DNA of 64,000 bases, taken from contig OY969763.1 of the NCBI GenBank assembly GCA_963702845.1, forward strand, positions 928,001 to 992,000. The letters run 5' to 3'. This stretch comes from an uncultured Verrucomicrobiae bacterium (lineage in GTDB: Bacteria; Verrucomicrobiota; Verrucomicrobiia; Limisphaerales; Palsa-1400). A model generated the notes under the pieces. The model was given only the letters and a program-made list of their open reading frames with translations, was not told the origin of the DNA and made no database searches. Made by a program: the position numbers and the translations under genes. This document shows, one piece after another, positions 10,383 to 20,545 of this stretch. Numbering within the stretch: the first letter of the stretch is position 1; the number at the start of each line of letters is the position of its first letter.

Positions 10383-11813
10383 CTATTGCGGCTGAAACTC
10401 GCGAACATCGCTCGACCTGCGAATGATGTCGCGCATTTCGGAAAGCGAACCAACTTCGCCGTTGGCGCGCAGTTGCGTGAGCAAGTTGCCAAGCACTGTG
10501 GTTTCGACCGGACCAGCGATGACGCTGCGTTTGCAGCGGTTGGCGGTGAGCTGGTTGAGCAAGTCGTTGCGCGAGCCACCGCCGACAATGTGAATGCAAT
10601 CGATTTTCTCGCCAGAGACCTGTTCCAAACTTGCAAGGACCTCGCTATATTTGCTGGCGAGACTTTCCAGCGCGCAGCGCACGAGTGCGCCTTCGGTTTC
10701 AGGAACTGGTTGATTCGTTTCGCGGCAACACGCCTGAATTGCTTCGACCATATTGGACGGATTTGTGTAGCGCGCGTCATTCGGGTCGATGATGCTGGCT
10801 GTTTTTTCAGTAGCGGCGAGGCGGACGAGTTCGGCATAGTCGAAGTTTTTCCCTCGCGCTTCGAATGAACGTTTGAGCTGCTGCACCAGCCAGAGACCCG
10901 TAATGTTTTTCAGGACGCGCCATGTGCCGTCGATGCCACCTTCATTCGTAAGATTTGCGTCGAGAACGTTTTTCGACAGCAGAGGCTTTTGTGATTCAAT
11001 GCCGAGCAACGACCACGTGCCAGAACTGATGTAAGCCCAATTCGCATGACCGGTATTTGCCGTCGGCACACCAGCGACTGCGGCGGCTGTGTCATGAGTC
11101 GGCGGCGCTATCACCGTGATGCGTGGGAGGCCAGTGCGCGTGGCGACGGACTGACGCAATTGACCGAGTTTCGTCCCTGGCTCGACAAGTTCGCCAAATA
11201 TTTTTTCCGGCAGATCGAACTTGCGCAGCATCTCGGAAGCCCACGTCCGTGTGGCAGGATTCAGGCATTGCGTCGTCGATGCGTTGGTAAATTCGACCAC
11301 ACGCAATCCGCACAGACACCAATTCAGCCAATCTGGAATCATCAGAAACCGATCGGCCGCAGCAAGCAGGTCAGGGTTGTTCTTGCGCAACGCGAGCAGT
11401 TGATAGAGAGAATTAATCTCCAGGAACTGTGAACCGGTATTGGCGAAAATCTCGTCGCGTGAAACCTGACGAAATGCCCCGTCCATCATTCCACGTGTGC
11501 GCGAGTCACGGTAGTGATATGGCAAACCGAGCATCTCGTCGTTCTTGGTCAGGAGAACGAAATCCACACCCCAGGTATCCACTCCAATGGAAACAACGGA
11601 GTCGCCAAATTTCTTCGCGGCAATCGCTAACCCGTTTTGAATCTCGGCCCAAAGTCGGACGACGTCCCAGCGCAAGGTCTCACCCACGGCGACGCCGCCG
11701 TTTGGAAATCGGTGCAGTTCTTCCAATGTTATGCGGTTGCCGTCCCAAATACCGGCCATAACGCGTCCGCTTTCCGCACCGAGGTCGATGCCGAGATAGA
11801 TTTGGTTGCTCAT
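10383..11813 (-). CDS. rhaB: Rhamnulokinase (FGGY family sugar kinase)
   Basis: [57 protein letters not shown]. Start at MSNQIY; the longer ORF's N-terminus is a translation of intergenic repeats. Confidence 0.9.
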   Translation of the reverse strand: MSNQIYLGIDLGAESGRVMAGIWDGNRITLEELHRFPNGGVAVGETLRWDVVRLWAEIQNGLAIAAKKFGDSVVSIGVDTWGVDFVLLTKNDEMLGLPYHYRDSRTRGMMDGAFRQVSRDEIFANTGSQFLEINSLYQLLALRKNNPDLLAAADRFLMIPDWLNWCLCGLRVVEFTNASTTQCLNPATRTWASEMLRKFDLPEKIFGELVEPGTKLGQLRQSVATRTGLPRITVIAPPTHDTAAAVAGVPTANTGHANWAYISSGTWSLLGIESQKPLLSKNVLDANLTNEGGIDGTWRVLKNITGLWLVQQLKRSFEARGKNFDYAELVRLAATEKTASIIDPNDARYTNPSNMVEAIQACCRETNQPVPETEGALVRCALESLASKYSEVLASLEQVSGEKIDCIHIVGGGSRNDLLNQLTANRCKRSVIAGPVETTVLGNLLTQLRANGEVGSLSEMRDIIRRSSDVREFQPQ

Positions 11814-11853
11814 ATATATAATGCGATGAGGTGTGGAGTCTCTGGGTTTTATT

Positions 11854-12095
11854 GCCGCAAAAAAAGCGGAAAAAACTACTGCGACTGGGTGCGACTCAGC
11901 GCGACCTGGTGCGACAAATCGATAAGTAGTCGCACCCGAGTCGCAGTAGCTGTCGCGGTGGGGCGGGGCCGAAAAAAACGGATAAAAACTTCTGCAATCT
12001 GGTGCGATCCACTGCAAACGACTGCAATCGGGTGCAATTTTTCGGAGGAGCCATTGCACTTGGATTGCACCTGCTATTGCAGTGGGATTGAACCC
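11854..12095. repeat. Tandem pair of palindromic elements (starts 114 bp apart) with 10-bp-phased pentamer repeats
   Basis: GCGAC at 11881/11891/11901/11911 with GTCGC at 11929/11940/11952. TGC(A/G)A at 11993/12003/12013/12023/12033 with TTGCA at 12054/12065/12077. Confidence 0.85.
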
Positions 12096-12295
12096 GTGCG
12101 TTTCGGTGGTTTCGGGGATCTACGATCGGTTTTAAATTCATAAGGCAAGTTTGGCACGAGCAGGGAAGAAAGCTTCTTAGCTGGAGGCCCCGTTTCTTAA
12201 GAAAGAAACCAACCGTTGAAACGAGCGTCGAAGAGAACGTGGGTGACGGTCATTTTTTAGGGAAATTGATGGGTCGGTTTGAAAACAACGGAGCG

Positions 12296-12323
12296 TTGAC
12301 ATTTACGGCGGGTCCCCTAATCT
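12296..12323 (+). promoter_or_regulatory. Putative sigma-70 promoter for the 12347 gene
   Basis: TTGACA-N16-TAATCT, ending ~23 nt upstream of ATG 12347; AAAGG SD-like motif follows. Confidence 0.55.
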
Positions 12324-12346
12324 CAATTTGAAAGGTTTAGTTACCC

Positions 12347-13099
12347 ATGCTTCGTATTTGTTTAATAGTGGCGATTGTGGCAGGTCTCGCAGCCGGCGGT
12401 GTCAGCTTTTTCAAGGTCAAGCAGGTCATGGAACAGACCATGCAAGAGCGCAACGATGAAAAGAGCGCCAAGGAAAAAGAAATCGCCGCGCACACCAAGA
12501 CGAAGGCGACTTTAGCCAAGACGCAGAAGGAATTGAAGTCGACGCAAGAGGAATTGGCGACCACCCGCAATGATTTAAAGGCCGCGACCGCCAAAGTTGC
12601 TGACCTGGAAAAGAATAACCAGAACCTCACCACTCAGTTGGAACGCACCAAGTCGGAACGCGACGTCGCGCAACAAACGTTGGAACAATGGCGCATTCTC
12701 GATGTTACCCCCGCAGGTGTGAAAAAGCTTAAGTCTGATTTGGCGTCTACCCAAGCCACGGCGAAAGCATTTGCTTCTGAAAACAAGATCCTCAACGGCA
12801 ACATCCTCGACCTGAAGAATGAATTGGCCAAGTATACCGGTGACGATATCGTCCATTTGCCTCCCGGCCTGACCGGCCACATCGTCGCCGTCGATCCCAA
12901 GTATGATTTTGTCGTCCTGGACATCGGTAAGGACAAAGGTCTTTTAAATCGTGGTGAACTTCTGGTCAATCGTTCCGGTCGTTTGGTTGGGAAACTGAAG
13001 GTTTCCGACGTCAGGGATCATCGTGCCATCGCCAACGTTCTTCCCGGTTGGAAACAAGCGGAAGTGTTGGAAGGCGATCAAGTCCTCAGCTATCAATGA
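12347..13099 (+). CDS. Membrane-anchored coiled-coil protein with C-terminal small beta-barrel (hypothetical)
   Basis: N-terminal TM helix; long Lys/Glu/Gln-rich coiled coil; GHIVAVDPKYDFVVLDIGKDKGL..G beta domain. Confidence 0.8.
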   Translation: MLRICLIVAIVAGLAAGGVSFFKVKQVMEQTMQERNDEKSAKEKEIAAHTKTKATLAKTQKELKSTQEELATTRNDLKAATAKVADLEKNNQNLTTQLERTKSERDVAQQTLEQWRILDVTPAGVKKLKSDLASTQATAKAFASENKILNGNILDLKNELAKYTGDDIVHLPPGLTGHIVAVDPKYDFVVLDIGKDKGLLNRGELLVNRSGRLVGKLKVSDVRDHRAIANVLPGWKQAEVLEGDQVLSYQ

Positions 13100-13269
13100 G
13101 CAAACTCCTGCGCAGCGTGTTGGCGGCCATTGTCTTCGCGACAATTGCTCTCGGCATGACTGGTTGCGTGAGTGATCAGGAACCGGAGAATATGTCCGAG
13201 AAGCCCTGGAATAGTCCTGCAGGCTTTGGCACTGGGATGCTGCCTTCAAATATTAACGAAGGACGGTAG
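13096..13269 (+). CDS. Small lipoprotein (57 aa)
   Basis: MSKLLRSVLAAIVFATIALGMTG-C lipobox; ATGA overlap with the upstream stop. Confidence 0.75.
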   Translation: MSKLLRSVLAAIVFATIALGMTGCVSDQEPENMSEKPWNSPAGFGTGMLPSNINEGR

Positions 13270-13273
13270 TTTC

Positions 13274-13320
13274 AAATCCGAAATCCGAAACAAATTCGAA
13301 TTTCCAATCGCGATTCGAAA
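13274..13320. repeat. Degenerate heptamer repeat tract (AAATCCG-type), intergenic
   Basis: AAATCCG AAATCCG AAAC AAATTCG AATTTCC immediately after a stop codon. Confidence 0.6.
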
Positions 13321-13412
13321 ACTTCAGGCACTCGTCACCTCTTCTTTCAGTCCCTGTCCTCCGTTGTATTTTTCCTTTTCGGGAGTAGGCTGTGTCAAAC
13401 ACCACTTGTTAT

Positions 13413-13748
13413 ATGAATGCACTAGCGGAAAAGGAATGTACGGAATGCAAGGGACAGACTGAACCTTTACCGGCTGCTGAACTCGCGCGTTTGGGCCGGG
13501 AAATCGGGGCCGAATGGAAGATCGTCAAAAACCATCACCTTGAGCGGGAATACAAATTCAAAGACTTCCGGCAGGCCCTTGATTTCACCAATCGCCTCGG
13601 CGAATTGGCTGAGCGCGTCCAACATCATCCGGATATTTATCTCGCGTGGGGCCAGGTCAAAGTCACGCTCTGGACGCACAGTGTTGATGGGCTGACCGAG
13701 AGTGATTTTATTTTTGCGGCCAAGGTGAATGAATTGCCCGCGAAGTAG
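13413..13748 (+). CDS. phhB: Pterin-4-alpha-carbinolamine dehydratase
   Basis: LEREYKFKDF; AERVQHHPDI; VTLWTHSVDGLTESDFIFAAKV. Confidence 0.93.
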   Translation: MNALAEKECTECKGQTEPLPAAELARLGREIGAEWKIVKNHHLEREYKFKDFRQALDFTNRLGELAERVQHHPDIYLAWGQVKVTLWTHSVDGLTESDFIFAAKVNELPAK

Positions 13749-13800
13749 GCACTGAAATTACCTCGCAACTGTCGGTCGCTTGTGGTTTTTAACAGCGCAA

Positions 13801-15216
13801 GTGACCATCTCACGCCGGAACCTGATCATCGCATCTGTAGTTCTTGTGCTTGCCGCTGTAGCGTTGACGTGGGTCATGCGCGGCAAATCATCCGTTGAGG
13901 AGTATGTCGCGAAACTTCGAGCCAAAGGCGAGCGTCTTTACTTCACCGACCCGCCGTTTCCAAAAATGACCAACGGCACGCCGGGGTTGGATAAATTTGT
14001 CAGCGCCGCGGATTCGATCGGCGGTTTCAATCCAATCCTCGTGATGGACGTGAGCGCGTCGGGCGCGGCCGTGGTGGCATGGCAGAGATTGCCGATGCTT
14101 GACGGGTACGCGAGATCGAATTCGATGCAATGGTCGAGCCTGCTCGCGATTCTACAAAAAAACGACAAGCCATTGCATGAGATCCGCGAAAGTGTGGCCG
14201 AGCCGGAACCGGACATGGGCTGGCAAACCAACGTTTTCACATATCGAAAAATATATATACAGCAACGCAGGGGCGTGCAGTTGCTGTGCGCGGCGACGAT
14301 CGCTGAATTGCACGAGACGAATTTTGACGGTGCATTCAAAAACCTGCAGGCAATGGCCCGTTTGGCGCAAATGGAGAGAGATGAAAACACTTTAGTAGCG
14401 CGGATGATTCGAGTGGCGATTGCCAGTTTGGGGTTGTCGACGACATGGGAAGCTTTGCAAAGCGATGGACTGAGCGGCGCGCAGTGGAAACAACTGCAAG
14501 ACGAGTGGTCGAAGGTCGATCTGCTTAAAGGGATTGAGCGTGGTTTCGTCGGCGAGCGATTGTATTGCTTCACTCACGTGGAATTGGCGCGAAAGGGAGA
14601 AACGAATGCAGTGAGTTGGGACGGCTCGACGACTCCTAAATGGCAGGATCGATTTCGAACCATAATTTGGCGGGCGACCGTTGCTCAGCAAGATGAGATG
14701 TTCTACTTGAAGACGTTGGGGCAATATATCGATAAATGCCGGATGGTATCGGCCGGAACGCCTGCGGCTGAGGTAAACCGGTTGATACAGCACGATATAG
14801 ATGAACTGAATCGGGTGCTTTCACAGCCGTCGGCGCTTTTCAAATATCCGTTTAGCGCGATTGCGATTCCAAATTTTGCCCGCGCCTGTGCGACGGCCTA
14901 TCGTTGTGAAGTTCAGCGGCGATTGGCGATTACGGCAATCGGTATTAAACGATATCAACTGCGTAACGGAAAGTTGCCGGAAACGCTGAACGTTTTGACG
15001 CCGGAGTTTTGTCCGGAGGTGTTGTTGGATCCGATGGATTGGAAACCGTTGCATTATCGGGTCAATCCGGACGGGACGTTTACGTTGTATTCCGTGGGCG
15101 AGAACGGAAAGGATGACGGCGGTAATCCGGCGTGGACGACAAACGCGCTGGCGAGTTGGTTGAATGGAATGGATATCGTATGGCCGAAACCAGCGCATCT
15201 AAATGCCAGCAACTGA
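13801..15216 (+). CDS. Membrane-anchored periplasmic helical protein with a pseudopilin(GspG)-like C-terminal segment (hypothetical)
   Basis: N-terminal TM; AIKRY....G.LP..L..L; DPMDWKPLHYR; FTLYSVGENGKDDGG. Confidence 0.7.
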   Translation: MTISRRNLIIASVVLVLAAVALTWVMRGKSSVEEYVAKLRAKGERLYFTDPPFPKMTNGTPGLDKFVSAADSIGGFNPILVMDVSASGAAVVAWQRLPMLDGYARSNSMQWSSLLAILQKNDKPLHEIRESVAEPEPDMGWQTNVFTYRKIYIQQRRGVQLLCAATIAELHETNFDGAFKNLQAMARLAQMERDENTLVARMIRVAIASLGLSTTWEALQSDGLSGAQWKQLQDEWSKVDLLKGIERGFVGERLYCFTHVELARKGETNAVSWDGSTTPKWQDRFRTIIWRATVAQQDEMFYLKTLGQYIDKCRMVSAGTPAAEVNRLIQHDIDELNRVLSQPSALFKYPFSAIAIPNFARACATAYRCEVQRRLAITAIGIKRYQLRNGKLPETLNVLTPEFCPEVLLDPMDWKPLHYRVNPDGTFTLYSVGENGKDDGGNPAWTTNALASWLNGMDIVWPKPAHLNASN

Positions 15217-15689
15217 TTGCCGAGCGGGGGCTGAGGATCATTTCCGGCGGGCAGACCGGCGCCGACCGGGCTGCTTTAGATTTTGCGATTAAGCATCGAG
15301 TGTCACACGGCGGTTGGTGTCCTGCAGGTCGACTGGCCGAAGATGGGCCGATTGCGTCGCGTTATCAGCTAAACGAGACTCCCTCTCTAGATCCCGCGCA
15401 ACGGACGGAATGGAATGTGCGCGATTCCGATGCGACGGTTATTTTCTCGCTCACTCCAATTCTACACGGTGGGACGAAGCTGACGGAAGAATTTGCGCAT
15501 CAGTACGGAAAGCCGGTATTGAAGATAATCGATGACGGGAACGATTACGTCGGGGTGCTCAGGAACTTCCTATTTGAACACCACGTCCACGTTTTGAATG
15601 TCGCGGGGCCGCGCGAATCCGATCAGCTTGGAATAGCTCATTTCACAGGCAAAGTACTGGAGGCCTGTTCGGGGGAATGCCCCGATTGA
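15180..15689 (+). CDS. Putative molybdenum-carrier / SLOG-family protein
   Basis: IISGGQTGADRAALD; HGGWCPAGRLAEDG; RTEWNVRDSDAT; LNVAGPRES. Start uncertain. Confidence 0.85.
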   Translation: MAETSASKCQQLIAERGLRIISGGQTGADRAALDFAIKHRVSHGGWCPAGRLAEDGPIASRYQLNETPSLDPAQRTEWNVRDSDATVIFSLTPILHGGTKLTEEFAHQYGKPVLKIIDDGNDYVGVLRNFLFEHHVHVLNVAGPRESDQLGIAHFTGKVLEACSGECPD

Positions 15690-15724
15690 CGTTACGGGAA
15701 TCTAACCGATACTCTTGCAACAGC

Positions 15725-16501
15725 ATGAGCCAGCACGTCATGGACCCCGACCAACGCGATAAAGAACATCTGCAGAAGGCCTTGGCTACGCGCAGCGCGC
15801 AGTTGCAGGCCGTGAACAAAGACTTCGAACAGTTCGCGTATTCCGTTTCTCACGACCTGCGGGCGCCCTTGCGAGCCCTGGAAGGTTTTTCAAAGATCCT
15901 GCTTGAGGATTATGGCGACAAAGTCGATTCGGAAGGCAAGCGTTGCCTCGAGATTCTCGTCACCAGCGCTCACAAAGCGTCGGTGATGATTGAAGATTTG
16001 CTGGTTGTTTCGCGCCTGTCGCGACGACCATACGCTCCGACCATGATTAACATGGAGGAGATCGCCAATGAATGCATCAAGGTCTTGCCGGTTGCTCCAA
16101 ACGAAGTGCAGTTCAAAGTGCATTCGATGCCCGAAGCATGGGCAGATGGCGGGCTGACCAATGAGATTTATCAGCGTCTGCTCGAAAATGCGGTGAAGTT
16201 TACGCGGAAGAAAACAGAACGGCGCATTGAAATCGGCGCCTCTAAAAACGGCGACCGGAACGCTTATTGGATTCGCGATAATGGCGCGGGTTTCGACATG
16301 AAATATGTCGGACGTCTCTTCGGAGTTTTTCAACGGTTACACAGTGATCAGGAATACGACGGTCGAGGGATAGGCCTGACTGTCGTTCAGCGATTGGCGC
16401 GTCGGCAGGGCGGCGAGGTGCAGGCGGAAGGTAAACTGGGTGAGGGCGCGACCTTCACGTTCTCTTTGCCGGCGCACAAACCGCCGGAAGACACGCTCTA
16501 G
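15725..16501 (+). CDS. Histidine kinase (phytochrome-type HisKA+HATPase) with no sensor domain
   Basis: FAYSVSHDLRAPLR; NAVKF; RDNGAGFDM; LFGVFQRLH; GIGL. Confidence 0.92.
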   Translation: MSQHVMDPDQRDKEHLQKALATRSAQLQAVNKDFEQFAYSVSHDLRAPLRALEGFSKILLEDYGDKVDSEGKRCLEILVTSAHKASVMIEDLLVVSRLSRRPYAPTMINMEEIANECIKVLPVAPNEVQFKVHSMPEAWADGGLTNEIYQRLLENAVKFTRKKTERRIEIGASKNGDRNAYWIRDNGAGFDMKYVGRLFGVFQRLHSDQEYDGRGIGLTVVQRLARRQGGEVQAEGKLGEGATFTFSLPAHKPPEDTL

Positions 16502-16592
16502 AGCATAGTTGAGTTCAGTCGGTTGCAGATATGGGACATAGAACTAAAGTAGCGGCGGAGGTTTTTGAACCACCGGCGATGCCCAATGCAGT

Positions 16593-18905
16593 ATGAGTGA
16601 AACGACACACTTTTTTGCCCCACATAGTCCGTCCATCGACGTACCCGTTGACGTTTCACCAGAACTGGCGCAGCGGAATCTGCGGGTGTTGATCCTGGAA
16701 GATATCGCGACGGACGCGGAGTTCGTGCAACGGGAATTGAAACGGGCGCAGATTCAGTTCATCGCTCAATGCGTTGACAATCGTGATGGTTATCTGCGCG
16801 GGCTACAGGAGTTCAATCCTGACATCATTCTGTCAGATTTCAGCATGCCGGGCTTCGACGCGTTCGATGCGCTGGACCTTCTAAAACAAAGCGGCAAGGA
16901 CACGCCATTTATTCTCGTTACTGGTTCGCAATCAGAGGAAGTGGCCGTGCGCTGCATGAAAGCGGGTGCGGATGATTATATCCTGAAATCGACGCTGAAA
17001 CGCTTGCCCAGCGCGGTGCTGAATGCGGTTAAGAAAAAGGACATTGAACGTGAGCGCGAACGGGCACTGCTGGCATTGCGCCAAAGCGAAGAGCACTTTC
17101 GGTCGCTGATCGAGAACGCTCTCGACATCATCATTATTCTAAATCCCGATGCGACGTTCCGGTATGCGAGCCCGTCAATGCGTTCGATGGGTTACTTGCC
17201 GCACCAGTTGAATGGAAAGAGCTTTTTCGATTTCGTCGTCCCGAGTGACGTGCCGAAGGTCACTGAGATGTTCGATTCCTTGTTCAAGGAAGCGGGCAAG
17301 GCCCAGCAAGTTGAGTTTTGCTTTCGCGACTGCGATGAGTCCTGGCGGGTGTTGGAATGCATTGGAAAATCGGTGCGCGTCGATTCTCCCGCGGCTGCCA
17401 TTGTTCTGAATGCGCGCGACATTACTGAGCGCAAAGAGGCGAATGAACGCATTGAAAAGCTTGCCGCGTTCCCGCGCCTGAATCCAAACGCGATTTTTGA
17501 ATTAGAAGGTGATGCGCGACTGACTTATTGCAATCAGGCGGCCGTGGATTTAGCGCGAATGGTCGATTCCGATCCTGCGGATATTTTGCCCGACGATGTA
17601 GAACAGATTATTGAAGAATGTTTGCGCACCGCGAACAACCGCATTCGCCGGGAGACTTTGCTGAGCAATCGCATCATCGCCTGGCATTTCTTCCCGATTC
17701 TTGAAAATCAGACTGTTCATTGCTACGCCATTGATATCACCGAGCGCATCAATCTCGAAACGCAGTTGCGCCAGTCGCAAAAGATGGAGTCGATCGGTCA
17801 ATTGGCCGCAGGTATCGCCCACGATTTCAACAACGTGCTGACCATCGTTCAGGGCTATTCCAAGATGCTGTTGGAAGACAATATGGTGCCGGAAGAGGCG
17901 CGTGAGCCGATTGAGCAGATCGCCGTCGCGGCCCAGCGTGCCACGAATCTGACGCGCCAGTTACTCACGTTCAGCCGCAAACAAGTGATGCAGCCTCAAC
18001 CGCTGGACTTGAACGAAGTGGTCAGCAATGTGACGCGGTTTCTGCGACGAATCGTGGGAGAAGATATCGCGCTGCACTTCAACTACACGCCGAACGTATC
18101 GCCCATCGAAGCGGATATCAGTATGGTTGAGCAACTGATCATGAACCTGGCGGTGAACGCTCGCGATGCCATGCCAAAAGGCGGCACCATCACAATCGGC
18201 ACCGGCACAGTCGAGATCAACGAAACGCACGCGCGCATCAATCCGGAAGCACACGTCGGTAAATACATTTGCTTGCGCATCAGTGATACGGGTTCGGGAA
18301 TTCCTCCTGAAGTTCTGCCAAGGATTTTTGAACCGTTCTTTACGACCAAAGCTGTTGGAAAAGGAACAGGCTTGGGTTTGGCCACCGTTTACGGCGTAGC
18401 GAAGCAACACAATGGTTGGGTCGAAGTGTTGAGCGAAGTCGGACGAGGAACGACGTTCCGCATTTATTTCCCCGCCGTCAGTGCTACCGCTGACACTGCT
18501 GGTTTAAAACCGGTGAATGAAAAGAACTGTCGCGGCACCGAAATGGTTCTGGTCGTCGAAGACGAGCCGCAGTTGCGTTCGATGGTTTGTGGCGTGTTGC
18601 GTCAGTATGGATATTCGACACTGGAAGCGAGTTGTGGGCCGGAGGCGATTCCTCTTTTCCGCGAGAACGCATCGAAAATTGCGCTCGTCGTGACAGACAT
18701 GGTTATGCCGGGGAATATGAACGGTCGCGAATTGGGCGAAATCTTGAAATCGGAAAAACCAGGACTGCGGATAGTCTATAGCAGCGGTTACAGTACGGAG
18801 ATGTTCGCGAAAGATTCAGTGCTGAAACGCGGACTGAATTTCTTGCAGAAGCCGTATCATCCCTCGGCACTCGCGAAAATCGTGCGCGATAGTTTGGATT
18901 CGTAA
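16593..18905 (+). CDS. Hybrid sensor kinase REC-PAS-PAS-HisKA-HATPase-REC (CckA-like)
   Basis: ILED..SDFSMP; PAS domains; [45 protein letters not shown]. Confidence 0.95.
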   Translation: MSETTHFFAPHSPSIDVPVDVSPELAQRNLRVLILEDIATDAEFVQRELKRAQIQFIAQCVDNRDGYLRGLQEFNPDIILSDFSMPGFDAFDALDLLKQSGKDTPFILVTGSQSEEVAVRCMKAGADDYILKSTLKRLPSAVLNAVKKKDIERERERALLALRQSEEHFRSLIENALDIIIILNPDATFRYASPSMRSMGYLPHQLNGKSFFDFVVPSDVPKVTEMFDSLFKEAGKAQQVEFCFRDCDESWRVLECIGKSVRVDSPAAAIVLNARDITERKEANERIEKLAAFPRLNPNAIFELEGDARLTYCNQAAVDLARMVDSDPADILPDDVEQIIEECLRTANNRIRRETLLSNRIIAWHFFPILENQTVHCYAIDITERINLETQLRQSQKMESIGQLAAGIAHDFNNVLTIVQGYSKMLLEDNMVPEEAREPIEQIAVAAQRATNLTRQLLTFSRKQVMQPQPLDLNEVVSNVTRFLRRIVGEDIALHFNYTPNVSPIEADISMVEQLIMNLAVNARDAMPKGGTITIGTGTVEINETHARINPEAHVGKYICLRISDTGSGIPPEVLPRIFEPFFTTKAVGKGTGLGLATVYGVAKQHNGWVEVLSEVGRGTTFRIYFPAVSATADTAGLKPVNEKNCRGTEMVLVVEDEPQLRSMVCGVLRQYGYSTLEASCGPEAIPLFRENASKIALVVTDMVMPGNMNGRELGEILKSEKPGLRIVYSSGYSTEMFAKDSVLKRGLNFLQKPYHPSALAKIVRDSLDS

Positions 18906-18914
18906 TTTCGGCGG

Positions 18915-19847
18915 CTACGAGGTTGCTTGGGCGCGCACTTCGATCATTTGTGCCATCACACTCACGGCAATTTCGTTTACGCCCACTGCTTTGATCGGAA
19001 GGCCGACCGGGCAGGCGACTTTTGCCAATTGTTCCGGTGTCGCGATTTTCTTTTTAACAAATCCATCGCTAATGAGCCGGAACTTGCGCGTGCTGCCGAT
19101 CATCCCGAGGAACGCGAACGGCTTGTGAATCCAGTCGGCGAGGACATCCGCGTCGTGATTGTGACCGCGGGTGGCAACGAGCCCGAAAACAGATTTTGGT
19201 GGGAACGGCGTCGCCAGCAAGTCGCCCCAATTGGCAACGCGCAGGTTGACCTTTTTTGGAAAGTATTCGTAGTTCGCAAGCTCGGGCCGATCGTCGAACA
19301 CTGTGACTTCGAAATCCAAATTGATCGCGAGCGGAGCAACTGCTTGGGCGACGTGACCGGAGCCGGCAATCCAGAGCGCGTGGGGAGGGGAGACGGTTTC
19401 TTCGTAAAGAGGAGGCAAACTTCCAACTTCCAACTTCGCACTCTCACTATCCAACAATTGAACCGCAAAGTTTTGGTCAATAATCCAGGTGCGTGATGTT
19501 TTCGAATGCGCCAACTCGTTCCATAAGGGAACCGCGTCCGCCGCATTGGGCAAAATTAAACCATAAACCTTGCCGCCGCAGATTAATCCATCGTCCCAGC
19601 CAAAATTGTGGTCGAGGATGAATTCGAATGTTTCGGGTTTGCCGGTGGCGAGCGCCTGCTTCGCGCGACGTCGCACTTCGGCTTCAAGACAACCACCACC
19701 GAGAGTTCCCATCATTGTGTCGTCGGGAAAGAAAAGTGCCTTGGCGCCTTTTTTTTGCGGAGTGGAACCTTTAATGCGCGAGATGATGCCGAGCGCAAAT
19801 TGTTTGTGCTGCTGCGCCGCTTCGACCATCTGTTGATAGAATCGCAC
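18915..19847 (-). CDS. XdhC/CoxF family molybdenum-cofactor accessory protein
   Basis: GSTPQKKGAK; GTLGGGCLE; LICGG; GSGHVA; DDRPE; TRGHNHD; GMIGS; CPVGL. Start estimated at GTG 19847. Confidence 0.9.
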   Translation of the reverse strand: MRFYQQMVEAAQQHKQFALGIISRIKGSTPQKKGAKALFFPDDTMMGTLGGGCLEAEVRRRAKQALATGKPETFEFILDHNFGWDDGLICGGKVYGLILPNAADAVPLWNELAHSKTSRTWIIDQNFAVQLLDSESAKLEVGSLPPLYEETVSPPHALWIAGSGHVAQAVAPLAINLDFEVTVFDDRPELANYEYFPKKVNLRVANWGDLLATPFPPKSVFGLVATRGHNHDADVLADWIHKPFAFLGMIGSTRKFRLISDGFVKKKIATPEQLAKVACPVGLPIKAVGVNEIAVSVMAQMIEVRAQATS

Positions 19848-19984
19848 GGGGAAAACTACGATATCGCGCCCGCAATTCAAAGCGTGCGATTCTATATCTG
19901 TAGGGAAAAATCTGACAAAGTTGACGCATATCACTTTCAAAACAATTGACTTGGCCATATGCGTGGCGATAATCGGCGTATTCG

Positions 19985-20545
19985 ATGGCTAAATTAGTCG
20001 TGCTCAGTGAAGGGCTGGCAGGCAAGACCCACGAGCTAACGGTGGACACAACCACCGTCGGTCGCGTGGAGGACAATGCTTTTCAACTCCCCGAATCGTC
20101 GGTCTCCAGCCATCACGCTGAGATTATCCTCCGTGGCAGCGACGTCGTCATCAAGGACCTCAATTCCACTAACGGCACTTTCATCAACGGCCAACAGATC
20201 ACCGGGGAAGGCGTGCTAAAGCCCGGACAGATTCTGCGCCTAGGCCAGATTGAACTTCGATTGGAAGATGGCGCGGGAGCATCGGCTGCGGCTTCGCAGC
20301 CAGCAGCAGCACCATCGGCAGCGGATCCGAGAACTCAAGCAGGCAAGAAGTTGCCGGACCATACGATGGTGATTCCGCAGGGGGTTAAGCTTGGTCAGGA
20401 GCCGCAAACGAAGTCGGTTGCGTTCGACAAAGGTGCCTTTGCCAAGAAGAGCAACACGGGAACGAAGGTGTTTATTATCGTCTGCGCTGGCCTCGGATTG
20501 ATTCTAATCGCTGTGATTCTGTTCTTCGCGTTCGGCAAGACTTAA
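19985..20545 (+). CDS. FHA-domain protein with C-terminal TM anchor
   Basis: VGR..DN; VSSHHA; DLNSTNGTFING; Ala/Pro linker; hydrophobic tail. Confidence 0.92.
   Translation: MAKLVVLSEGLAGKTHELTVDTTTVGRVEDNAFQLPESSVSSHHAEIILRGSDVVIKDLNSTNGTFINGQQITGEGVLKPGQILRLGQIELRLEDGAGASAAASQPAAAPSAADPRTQAGKKLPDHTMVIPQGVKLGQEPQTKSVAFDKGAFAKKSNTGTKVFIIVCAGLGLILIAVILFFAFGKT

Noticed and set aside
11814..12059. 82-aa N-terminal extension of rhamnulokinase and small ORFs over the repeat
   Set aside because: These are translations of the non-coding repeat (IAPDC twice); the family N-terminus begins at [12 protein letters not shown].
11854..12095. CRISPR array interpretation of the periodic repeats
   Set aside because: Repeats are 5-mers at 10-12-bp spacing with no 25-40-nt repeat/spacer structure, and no cas genes are present.
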